From an uncultured Verrucomicrobiae bacterium (GTDB lineage Bacteria; Verrucomicrobiota; Verrucomicrobiia; Opitutales; JABDGR01): a stretch of DNA of 64,000 bases. Positions 52,721 to 62,258 of this stretch are shown one piece after another (within the stretch, counting starts at the first letter, position 1; the number at the start of each line of letters is the position of its first letter). The notes beneath the pieces were generated by a model that ran no database searches, was not told the DNA's origin, and saw only the letters and a program-made list of their open reading frames with translations. A program made the position numbers and the translations under genes. The stretch is taken from NCBI GenBank assembly GCA_963765205.1, contig CAVXVB010000002.1, positions 198,038 to 262,037 on the forward strand, read 5' to 3'.

Positions 52721-55700
52721 CGACGCCCCAATTTTTGTTGGTGCTGGGCCGCAGTTCCGTCGAGGCCGGCGTGCTCACCCTGCTCATCCTGGCCGCGCAG
52801 AAAATTTTCCGCCGCCAACTCGCGCCCCGCTGGCGGTGCGCGCTCTGGCTGCTGGTCGCCGCGCGGCTGTTGGTGCCCGTGTCGGTGAACAGTGTCACCA
52901 GCTTGTTCAACCTCGCGCCCTCTTGGGCCCAGCCGGCCCGGGCTGCGCCGGTTTCGCCGCCACCGACCTCCTCGGCGGCCAGCCCGCGGCCCGCCGCCGG
53001 GACGTTGACCCCCGCGCCGGAGAACGCGCCGGCCCAACCATCGGATAATATCACCAAATATGGCAAAGCACCATCGAAGACCATGACGCCCGGCCCGGTC
53101 GCCCAACCCGCGGCCGCCATCGTTCCCGCCGCTCCCACCGCCACCGCCACTTCCATTACTCCCCTCGCTCCCCTTTCTCCCGTCACTCCCACCACCCCCA
53201 CAACCCCGACGGTGTCCGCGCCCCGCCCCGTGCTCAACTGGCCCCCGCTCCTCTTCGGCCTCTGGCTCGCGGGAACGCTGGTCATCGCTTCTTACCTCCT
53301 GCTCTCGACCCTCGGGCTGGCCCGCCGCTTTCGCCATGGCCGCCGGCTGCGCGATCCCCAAATTGAAGCCCAGTTGCTCGCCGCCGGACGCCAGCTCGGC
53401 CTGGTCGCCGCGCCGTTGCCGGTTTACGAATGCGACCGGCTGCGCAGCCCCGCGCTCTACGGTTGCTGGCGGCCGCGCCTGCTGCTGCCGGCCGGTTTTA
53501 CCACGCGCTTTTCGTCCGCCGAGCTGGGCTACGTTTTCCTCCACGAGCTGGCCCACGTGCGCCGCCGCGACCTGCCCCTCAACTGGCTCTGGGCGCTGCT
53601 CCAGGTCGTGCATTGGTTCAATCCCCTCGTCTGGTTCGCGTCCTACCGCTGGCGCGCCGACCGCGAGCTGGCCTGCGACGCAATGGTTCTCGAAGCCGCC
53701 GGCCCCGCGCACAAGGAAGCCTACGGCCGCACCATCCTGCACATCCTGGAAAGTTTCACCTCCCCAACCCTGGCGCCGGGACTGGTGGGCATCATCGAAG
53801 ATCAGCGCCTCCTGCGCGAACGCATCCGCCAAATCGCCGCCTTTGCCCCTCGCCGCCAATGGCCCCTCCTCACCGTGACGCTGCTGGCCGGCCTCGCCCT
53901 CGTCGGCCTGACCGACGCGCAGGTGGCCTCGCCAACTACGCCAACCACGCCGCCTGTGCCCGCGCAAATTCCCATCACTGCGGCCACCGCACCCACGCCA
54001 CCGCCATCCCCTTTTCCTGCACCTCCGCCTCCACCCGATCCAACTCCCATTACGACGCAACTTCCCTATCCCGGAACCACGCCAGCGGTCTTGGAACCAA
54101 ATCCAGACCCCACGGCCCAAGGCCATCTGGACCAAGCGCAACGTGACTTGACCGTCGCGCAAGGGGATTTGGAAGCAGGGCAAAAAGTGCGGGATCTACA
54201 AGGGAGATACGCTGTATTCCTTAACCAAGCGCGCGCGCATGTGATCAAAGCCCTGGCCGCCGTCAATGATGCCTGCGTCTACGTGAAAGCCCATCCGGAA
54301 ATTAACACCCTCAAAATCGGGCCGACGCCGGAGGGCACTCCAAAAATTTTGTCGTTTGCGATTCCACCCAATCCCAGCCGCGTTCCGAACGAGACGCTGA
54401 TCGCCACGATTGACGACTTGAATAAGGCTCTGGCCCAATTTGTAAATAATCCAAACACCCAAGGCCCGGGGGGCCCCGTGATGGACGAATTGGGCGGCTT
54501 GCGCAAAAGTATCATGGACGAGATTAATTTAGCGGCCAGCGATGTTTTGGGCACCATTCGCGTTGACGCAGAGGTGCCTGGTGGGCGGGGACGAGACGCC
54601 CTCGCGGCCGGGTTGGGGCGGATTGCACAGGTTGGTGCCACCGGCGTTCCTGCCTCAAATCTCAATCCCACGGCGCAGGCGCATTTGGAGGCCACGCAGC
54701 GCGCCTTGGACGCGGCCCAAGCGGGGCTTAACGCGACGGTGGGCAACTTTGGTGGATTCATGGAAAAAGCCTTTGCCGCAGTCACCCAAGCCCAGGCCGA
54801 TGTGACGGAGGCGCTGGCTTATGTTAAAGCGCATCCTGAGATCAATTCCTTGCCGACGGGTCCCGTTTCCGCAGAAGCGTCTGCGGCTGATCCCGTCCAA
54901 TCCTTGCAGAATGTGGCCATCCCCGCTAAACCGGCGAGCGGTTTTCCCTGGATGTGGAGAGCTTGGACTGCTTTGAACACCGCTTTAAGCGATCTGGCCA
55001 ATAATACCGCGACTGATTACCGCGGTCCCATTGTTGGCGACCTGGGCGGCTATCGCGTCAAAATTATTGCCGACATCGGTTTGGCCAGAGCGGATGTGGT
55101 CGCCGCCTTCAACTTCGTCAATGTAAAGAGTGGAACACCCGCCCCACCCGCGCCGATGCCAGCCGCGGCTGCCGAGGCCCTGCGCCAGGGCCGTCTGGCC
55201 GCCGATGCCAAGCAGTGGGACGCCGCGCTGGGTTATTTCGACCAGGCCCGCTTGGCTGCGCCCGATTTGCCCGATCCGCTTTTTGAACTTGGCATGGCCG
55301 AGGCGCAAATGCCGGGCCGCGAGTTGCGCGCCATCGGCTGGCTCCGCGCCTACCTGGCTCTCGCACCCGCCGCGCCCAACGCCGCCGCCGCGCGCACCCA
55401 GATTGACCAGCTTGATGCCGCCGCCGAGAGCCACGCCAATGACTTTGTCGCGCTGCTTAAACAAGTCTCCGCGAAGTTCCCCGCCTCTTATGCTACACCC
55501 GAACTCGCCGATGTTGCGGCGGCCATCACACATGCGAGTGCCGCCCCCGCTGCCTCGCCGCCCGCCGATCTGCCGATTTCCTCCGCCCAACGCGAAAAAG
55601 CGTGGGTGGATTATGTGCAAGACGAGCTAGGCGCGCCGCTGTTCGTGAATTTCCAGCCCACGCTGGCGGACGACCGGGCGCTGTTGAGCACAAATATCAC

Positions 55701-57609
55701 ACCTTCGCCATCGGCCATGTGGCCGGCGACGCCTGCATCGCGGGCCACGGTGACTTCGGGTGGTGCTAACAACCCAGGGTTGACCGTCTTCACGCACATC
55801 CGGGCGCAGGCCGACGAGTGGATTGTCCGGCTCGCTGAGGTCCGCAGCCAGTTGCCCGAGCAGCAGATTGCCCCCCGCCTGCACGCGGAACAGGATCAAC
55901 AGCAGGCCGAAGCCCGGCTCACCGCCTTGGCCGATCTGCGCTCGCACCTCGCCACCGACCTCGGTATCAAACTCGTGGCGATTCCCGCCGGCACGTTTAT
56001 GATGGGCATCCCACCTGACGAGGCCAGCCCTAACAGTAATGCAGCCCCGCAGACCCGCGTGACATTGACCCAAGATTTTTTCCTCGGCTCGACCGACGTG
56101 ACGCAGGGACAGTATGAGGCGATCATGGGAAAAAATCCCAGCCTCTTCCAGGCAGCGGGCCAGGACGCGCCGGTGGAGAGGGTCGAATGGGAAAACGCGA
56201 CCGTGTTTTGCGAAAAGCTGACGGATCGGGAATGCGCCGCCGGGCTGTTGCCGGCTGACTACGCCTTTACTCTGCCGACCGAGGCGCAGTGGGAGTATGC
56301 CTGCCGGGCGGGGACAACCGGGCCGTATGCGGGCGACATTGACGCCATGGCGTGGTATAATAAGAATAGCGGCAACACGACCCACCCGGTGGCCCAGAAG
56401 CAACCGAATGCCTGGGGGCTTTATGATATGTATGGCGACGTGGCGCAGTGGTGTGGGGACTCGCCGTTGACCTATCCGGGCGGCGCCGTGACAGATCCGG
56501 TTGGTCCTGTTCCAGGAACCATGCTTCCACAATACCTCGCCGAGGTGACGAATCCGGCTCGCCGGCCTCAGGTTTACGGTCACGTCGTGCGCGGGGGTAG
56601 TTATCAAGAAGCTCCCTGGGGTTCCGCCAGTCGCCGATTCATCCCCGGCTACTATGGCCGCTGGATTGGCTTCCGCATCGCACTGGTCCATTTAACCGAT
56701 GCGCAGGTTGTGGCCTACACCGCGCAACAGGATCAAAAACAGGCCCAGAGCCGGCTCACCGCCTTGGCCGTCCTGCGCTCGCACCTTGCCGCTGACATCG
56801 GCATCAAGCTCGTGGCGATACCCGCCGGCACATTTATGATGGGCAGCCCGCCGGATGAGACAGGTCGTGATGCTGATGAGGGGCTGCAGACGCGTGTGAC
56901 GCTAACCGGGGATTTTTTCCTCGGGGCCACGGATGTGACGCAGGGACAGTATGAGGCCGTGATGGGCACAAATCCCAGTGCCTTCAAGACGGCGGGCCAA
57001 GACGCGCCCGTGGAAGCCGTCTCATGGCACGATGCAATGAACTTTTGCCAAAAGCTGACGGATCGGGAGTGCGCCGCCGGGCTGTTGCCGGCTGACTACG
57101 CCTTTACTCTGCCGACCGAGGCGCAGTGGGAGTATGCCTGCCGGGCGGAGACAACCGGGCCTTATGCGGGCGATCTCGATGCGATGGCGTGGAATGTCAA
57201 AAATAGCGGACACACGACGCATCCGGTGGGCACCAAGCAACCGAATGCCTGGGGGCTTTATGACATGTATGGGAACGTCAAGCAGTGGTGTGCGGATTCG
57301 CTGGAGACCTATCCGGGTGGAGACGTGACGGACCCGACTGGTCACGTTCCGAACTACACTAACCTCACCCACAGCGGCTACCGCTATGTCGCGCGCGGCG
57401 GCTATTGGGGTGACAGCGGAGGGAGTTCCATCAGTCGCCAACTCTACCCGGGCTTCACCGGCCCCATGATCGGCTTCCGCATCGCCCTGGTCAAGCTGAC
57501 GGACGCGCAAATCGCGGCCTACGCCGCGCAATCTGCGGCCGCACAAATTCCTGCCGCACCACCCGCGCCGGCCAGCAGCCAGAATGCTTCGGCGAATTCC
57601 CCGAAATGA
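52717..57609 (+). CDS. BlaR1/M56 metallopeptidase with large C-terminal region (duplicated helical domain, TPR-like segment, two FGE-sulfatase domains)
   Basis: HELAH, HWFNPLVW, DRELACD; two IPAGTFMMG..LPTEAQWEYACRA..PNAWGLYDMYG..RGG..GFRIAL domains; ATGA overlap with the repressor. Confidence 0.9.
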   Translation: MTTPQFLLVLGRSSVEAGVLTLLILAAQKIFRRQLAPRWRCALWLLVAARLLVPVSVNSVTSLFNLAPSWAQPARAAPVSPPPTSSAASPRPAAGTLTPAPENAPAQPSDNITKYGKAPSKTMTPGPVAQPAAAIVPAAPTATATSITPLAPLSPVTPTTPTTPTVSAPRPVLNWPPLLFGLWLAGTLVIASYLLLSTLGLARRFRHGRRLRDPQIEAQLLAAGRQLGLVAAPLPVYECDRLRSPALYGCWRPRLLLPAGFTTRFSSAELGYVFLHELAHVRRRDLPLNWLWALLQVVHWFNPLVWFASYRWRADRELACDAMVLEAAGPAHKEAYGRTILHILESFTSPTLAPGLVGIIEDQRLLRERIRQIAAFAPRRQWPLLTVTLLAGLALVGLTDAQVASPTTPTTPPVPAQIPITAATAPTPPPSPFPAPPPPPDPTPITTQLPYPGTTPAVLEPNPDPTAQGHLDQAQRDLTVAQGDLEAGQKVRDLQGRYAVFLNQARAHVIKALAAVNDACVYVKAHPEINTLKIGPTPEGTPKILSFAIPPNPSRVPNETLIATIDDLNKALAQFVNNPNTQGPGGPVMDELGGLRKSIMDEINLAASDVLGTIRVDAEVPGGRGRDALAAGLGRIAQVGATGVPASNLNPTAQAHLEATQRALDAAQAGLNATVGNFGGFMEKAFAAVTQAQADVTEALAYVKAHPEINSLPTGPVSAEASAADPVQSLQNVAIPAKPASGFPWMWRAWTALNTALSDLANNTATDYRGPIVGDLGGYRVKIIADIGLARADVVAAFNFVNVKSGTPAPPAPMPAAAAEALRQGRLAADAKQWDAALGYFDQARLAAPDLPDPLFELGMAEAQMPGRELRAIGWLRAYLALAPAAPNAAAARTQIDQLDAAAESHANDFVALLKQVSAKFPASYATPELADVAAAITHASAAPAASPPADLPISSAQREKAWVDYVQDELGAPLFVNFQPTLADDRALLSTNITPSPSAMWPATPASRATVTSGGANNPGLTVFTHIRAQADEWIVRLAEVRSQLPEQQIAPRLHAEQDQQQAEARLTALADLRSHLATDLGIKLVAIPAGTFMMGIPPDEASPNSNAAPQTRVTLTQDFFLGSTDVTQGQYEAIMGKNPSLFQAAGQDAPVERVEWENATVFCEKLTDRECAAGLLPADYAFTLPTEAQWEYACRAGTTGPYAGDIDAMAWYNKNSGNTTHPVAQKQPNAWGLYDMYGDVAQWCGDSPLTYPGGAVTDPVGPVPGTMLPQYLAEVTNPARRPQVYGHVVRGGSYQEAPWGSASRRFIPGYYGRWIGFRIALVHLTDAQVVAYTAQQDQKQAQSRLTALAVLRSHLAADIGIKLVAIPAGTFMMGSPPDETGRDADEGLQTRVTLTGDFFLGATDVTQGQYEAVMGTNPSAFKTAGQDAPVEAVSWHDAMNFCQKLTDRECAAGLLPADYAFTLPTEAQWEYACRAETTGPYAGDLDAMAWNVKNSGHTTHPVGTKQPNAWGLYDMYGNVKQWCADSLETYPGGDVTDPTGHVPNYTNLTHSGYRYVARGGYWGDSGGSSISRQLYPGFTGPMIGFRIALVKLTDAQIAAYAAQSAAAQIPAAPPAPASSQNASANSPK

Positions 57610-57746
57610 CGGCAGTTTCCAGCCCAGGCCAAGGAAGGTGCGTGCGACTGAAAAAATGCGGTCGTCCCAAGAGGCTCGCGGGCCGATTCTATTTGAGTTG
57701 CGGGCCGGGTTCTGTCATCAAACGAGCGCTGTTTGAATAGGCAACA

Positions 57747-58454
57747 ATGGCGACTCCCACTTCCCCAGGTTTTCAAGCGCCGGGCAACCCCTATGTCCGG
57801 CAGGCGCAGCATATCGTGCACTTGTGGCACCGGCGGGAAATGGGCCTGCATATTCGTGGCATCGAGCGATTGGTGCTCATCGCCCATGCGGCCTTGTTGA
57901 TGGTCATGCCCTCCACCGCCTTGCGCTGGCTGGGCTTTTTGGGCGAGCGGCGCGGCTGGCACACTTACCAACCCTTCACGGAAGCCTATGCGGTGGCGAA
58001 ACCCGCCGTGCTGGTTTTCATCCTGGCCGGGGGCTGGGCCGCGCAGAGCTGGGCCTTGTTCCTCGCCGTGCTGCTGACCGTGGATTTGAATGCTTACTTG
58101 TTCGGCGTGGTGCTCTTCAGCAATTTTTGGATCCGGCCCGCGTCGTATCCCCGCTCCGTCATCCTGCTGGCCTTTGACTTGGTGGAATTCATTGCCGCGT
58201 TTGCCGTCATGTATTTGCATGCCAGGTGCCTGAACTTCGCCTCGGGTGAACGGGTCACGGACTGGCTGGATGCGCTCTATTTCAGCACCACGACCACCAC
58301 CACGGTGGGCTTGGGGGACATCGCGCCCGCGACCAGCCTGGGCCGGGCCTTGGTGATGGCGCAAACGCTCTTGGCGATTGGCTTCCTGGTCGTGGTGGTC
58401 TCCCATTTCATCAGCAATGCGGGGCGCAACCTGCCGCCGCGCGAGGAGCGATGA
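57747..58454 (+). CDS. Potassium channel family protein
   Basis: DALYFSTTTTTTVGLGDIAP pore/filter motif plus TM helices. Confidence 0.82.
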   Translation: MATPTSPGFQAPGNPYVRQAQHIVHLWHRREMGLHIRGIERLVLIAHAALLMVMPSTALRWLGFLGERRGWHTYQPFTEAYAVAKPAVLVFILAGGWAAQSWALFLAVLLTVDLNAYLFGVVLFSNFWIRPASYPRSVILLAFDLVEFIAAFAVMYLHARCLNFASGERVTDWLDALYFSTTTTTTVGLGDIAPATSLGRALVMAQTLLAIGFLVVVVSHFISNAGRNLPPREER

Positions 58455-58517
58455 GCAAATAAGCGGAACGAATTCGGGATTGCCTTTGGCGGATTTTCCG
58501 GCCTCACTGACGCGGTC

Positions 58518-59640
58518 ATGAAATTCTCGCCGCGGCTCTTGTGTTCGGCCGGGTTTGGTCTGTATTCTGGTCGCGTTCTCGACCGCTCTTCTGCAAGCCG
58601 CCGAGCCGCCCGCGCCAATATTCCCCATCCCGCCTCCACCGCCGTTGACCTCCCCACCGTCGTCAACATCTTCCCCGGCGCCCGCGCCGGCAGCCACACT
58701 GATGCCCGTATCAGCGCTCGTGCCCCGGACGGTGCCGGGGCTCAACCTTACGCTCCTGCCCATTCCCGCCGGCACCTTCACGATGGGCAGCCCGGCGGAC
58801 GAGCCGGGCCACTATGAACAGGAGTCGCCGCAGACCCAAGTGACGATCTCGAAGCCTTTCTGGTTGGGAAAATTTGTGGTGACGCAAGGCCAGTGGCAGG
58901 CGCTGATGGGCACGGATCTGGTCGAGCAGGCCCGGCGGATGCTGGCGGACGACACGCGTTACACCATGAATCGGAAATTTCAGACCATTCGAGATGCCTT
59001 GGGCTTAAAAAAGGATAGCGATCCGCAAGGCCTGCTTGGCAACCTCGGCGACGACTACCCGATGTATTATGTGAACTGGGCCGAGGCCATGGCGTTTTGC
59101 CGCAAACTGACCGAGCGCGATGCCGGGCAGCTGCCGGAAGGCTACGAATACCGATTGCCCACGGAGGCAGAATGGGAATATGCGTGCCGCGCGGGCACGA
59201 CGGAGGCAACCTACGCGGGCAAAATGGAAATCAAAGGCGCCAAGAACGCACCGGTGCTCGACGCCATCGCGTGGTATGGCGGCAACAGCAGCGAAGGCTA
59301 TACAGGAAAGGGGTGGGACACCCGGGGCTGGACGGAAAAACAATATCCTGGCGGCATAGCCGGTCCCAGGCAGGTAGGCGGCAAGCGGCCCAACGCCTGG
59401 GGACTTTACGATATGCTGGGTAATATTGACGAATGGTGCTATGATTGGGCCGATCCCTTCCCCGGCGGCAGCGTGAAAGATCCGCATGGACCCACTCAAG
59501 GCGCCGACCGGATCAATCGTGGCGGCTCCTGGAGCGACTCCGCCCGCGATGTGCGCGCAGCCAACCGCAACGGGGACGTTCCCACCGTTCGTTACGGCAA
59601 CCTCGGCTTCCGGATTGCGCTCGCCCCCCGTTTGCCCTGA
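58518..59640 (+). CDS. Secreted FGE-sulfatase (SUMF1/CLec-fold) protein; probable +1 frameshift near 58552 within the signal peptide
   Basis: IPAGTFTMGS, LPTEAEWEYACRAG, PNAWGLYDMLGN, RGGSW, GFR. Removing one base in GCCGGGTTTG gives MKFSPRLLCSAGLVCILVAFSTALLQA. Confidence 0.85.
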
Positions 59641-59833
59641 CGGGAACGGAGCCGCGGGCCGTGTGCGTACGGCCGCCGATGGTGCGCGCGGCCTGGTGGG
59701 TGTGGTCACGCCGTCAAGAGGATGGATAATGGTGCTTGCAGCAGGCCCGGCATTAATATAACGGTGTTTGGTTCAACCCTCGTGGTGGCGCCGCCGGGGG
59801 TCATGTCTGGGAGTTATGCACACTTTTGGCGCC

Positions 59834-61972
59834 ATGAATTCTGATACCCCAGCGGGCAATAACCCAATTTCGGAAAAATTTAATGTCGGTACTTCCGGCT
59901 TGATCCCGAGTAATCGTCGCCGCAACCGAGGGTGGAAGCCCGGTCGCGTGCGGCTGGCTATGCTGGTGGCCCTGGCTGGGCTTGGCTGGTTCGCCCTTCC
60001 TGGGGCGCACGCGCAAACGTTATGGACGGGTGCGAGCAGCACGAACTGGTTCGCCGCGGGTAACTGGAATCCCGCGGCTGTGCCGACCAGCGGCACCAGT
60101 GTCGTCATTGACACCAACGGCGGCAACCAGCCGCTGATCTCAAGCGGCAGTGCCACTTCGAGCAATATTACGGTGGGCAATGATTCGTCCAGCGGCTCCG
60201 GCACGATTCTCACGATTCAGGGCGGCAGCAGTCTCATGACCAGTGGCAACGCGTTTCTCGGCAACAATGGCACCTCGAATGGCACGGTTAGCGTCTCGGG
60301 CGCGAATAGCAACTGGACCGTCAACGGCAACATTACTGTGGGCGATAGCGGCTCCGGCAGCTTTTTCGTCTTGAGCGGGGCGCAGGCCAATGTCACCGGT
60401 CTTACAACCCTGGGCGGCTCGGCCGGCGGTTTTGGCTTCATTCATGTGGACGGGGCGAATTCAACCTTGAATCTTGGCGGCGATCTGGACATGGGCGTGG
60501 CCGCCAATAGCACTGTATTGATTTCCAACGGTGGCACCATTCGCAGCACCGAGGGCGAAATGGGGGCGGGCTTTTTCTCCAGTGGCAACACCACGGCCCT
60601 GGCCACGGTGACGGGCGCCAATTCCACGTGGATCATCACGGGAAACAGTGGCTTGATTGTGGGGGAATATACGCCCGCCAATTTAACCATCTCGAACGGC
60701 GGCAATGTCACCAGCCTTGCGATCAACGCGACTTGCTACATCGGTCGAAGTTCCACGTCGAATGGCCCGGCGACCGGCACGGTTATCGTGGATGGCGCGA
60801 ATTCGATTTTGAACCTGGGCAACAACTCCCTGATTGTGGCCAATTCCACCATCGGCAATTTGACCATTTCCAACGGTGGCAATGTCACCTGCGACGGTGT
60901 TTTGATGGGCAATTCCACCGGTGGCAACGGCACGGTGCTCGTGACGGGCAACGGTTCGGTGTGGAACACGGGCGCAAACGCTTCGCTCGTCGTCGGCAAC
61001 ACAGGTGCCGCCAATCTCACCATTGCCAGTGGTGGGCTGGTCAACGCTGCTGACGGCGTTGTTTTAAGTGGCAACGGCGGCTTTGGGCAACTGAACCTCG
61101 ACTCCAACGGCACCTTGCAAATCGGCGGGGCCAATCACCTGGGCTTCGGTTCCGGCAATTACGCGGTCATTTTGGGCGGCGGCGTTTTGCAGGTCGTGGG
61201 CGCGAATTTGACGACTTCCGTCAACGCCACGCTCTCGACGGGCACCAGCTCGACCATCAATACAAATGGCTTTAACGCCACCTGGTCCGGCGCGCTGTCC
61301 GGCGCCGGGTCACTCATTAAATCCGGCCAGGGCAACCTGACGCTCAGTGGCAATGTCAATTACACCGGCAACACCACGGTTTCCGGCGGCAATCTGGTCA
61401 TCGCCGGCACGTTTAATATTCCCAGCGGCGCGACGATGGAAATCACCGGCAATGTCACTGCGCAGGAAATTCTGGTGAGCGCCGGCGGCACCCTGACCGG
61501 CAACGGCGCCATCATTGGCAATGTGGTCAACAATGGCACGGTGTCCCTCAGTTCCGGAACCGGCCAAAAACTGACCATCACCGGCAATTTGACCAACAAT
61601 GGCCTCGTCAGCCTGCTGAACGGCACCGGCGTCTCGGTTTCCGGCACGGCCGTCAACGCCGTGGGCGCGATCTTCGACGACTCGACCGGCGGGTCGGCCA
61701 CTTTCGGCCATCTCACCAATTCCGGCCTCTATTTGGTGGCCAGCGACGTGGAGATCCAGGGTATTCAAGCCTCCGGCAGCAACCTGGTGATCACGATCCA
61801 ATCCTACCCCGGCCACAACTACCAATTGGAAAGTTGCACCAACCTGGTCACGGCCGATTGGGCCGCCGTCGGTTCTCCGCAAGCCGGCACCGGCAACGTG
61901 TTGAGCCTGACCGCCACCAACGCCCTCTCCGGCGCCACGCTTTTGTTCTATCGCGTGTTCGTATCACCGTGA
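59834..61972 (+). CDS. Secreted Gly/Asn/Thr-rich beta-repeat protein (autotransporter-associated/T5SS-like repeats) with C-terminal 'FYRV' domain
   Basis: AHAQ signal, WTG..NW..AGNW, repeated V.G.NS.W/LTISNGG.V units, LIKSGQGNLTLSG..YTG.TTVSGG.L, C-terminal YQLE..NL..W..FYRV. Start uncertain. Confidence 0.8.
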   Translation: MNSDTPAGNNPISEKFNVGTSGLIPSNRRRNRGWKPGRVRLAMLVALAGLGWFALPGAHAQTLWTGASSTNWFAAGNWNPAAVPTSGTSVVIDTNGGNQPLISSGSATSSNITVGNDSSSGSGTILTIQGGSSLMTSGNAFLGNNGTSNGTVSVSGANSNWTVNGNITVGDSGSGSFFVLSGAQANVTGLTTLGGSAGGFGFIHVDGANSTLNLGGDLDMGVAANSTVLISNGGTIRSTEGEMGAGFFSSGNTTALATVTGANSTWIITGNSGLIVGEYTPANLTISNGGNVTSLAINATCYIGRSSTSNGPATGTVIVDGANSILNLGNNSLIVANSTIGNLTISNGGNVTCDGVLMGNSTGGNGTVLVTGNGSVWNTGANASLVVGNTGAANLTIASGGLVNAADGVVLSGNGGFGQLNLDSNGTLQIGGANHLGFGSGNYAVILGGGVLQVVGANLTTSVNATLSTGTSSTINTNGFNATWSGALSGAGSLIKSGQGNLTLSGNVNYTGNTTVSGGNLVIAGTFNIPSGATMEITGNVTAQEILVSAGGTLTGNGAIIGNVVNNGTVSLSSGTGQKLTITGNLTNNGLVSLLNGTGVSVSGTAVNAVGAIFDDSTGGSATFGHLTNSGLYLVASDVEIQGIQASGSNLVITIQSYPGHNYQLESCTNLVTADWAAVGSPQAGTGNVLSLTATNALSGATLLFYRVFVSP

Positions 61973-62258
61973 AGGGTGGCGATTTCCATGTTGGAGTCAC
62001 CCTTTTTTGAGTGGACTCGCCTCCGCGCGCGCGGCAGCATCGGCTAACTGAAAACGGCGGTCAACTCCGCGTCCTCGTCGCTTGGCGGGCCGCCGTGGAA
62101 AGCTGGCTCTGTTGCCGGGGCCTGATCACCGTTTTCCTCCACCCCAAAGTTTTACCCCATCGGCCGCGCAAACACGTCCTTGATTGCCTTGGTCGCAGAG
62201 TTGTCCATGGCCGTCACGGGCTGCGCGCCGCATGGGAAACCGCGGATTATAAATCAAC

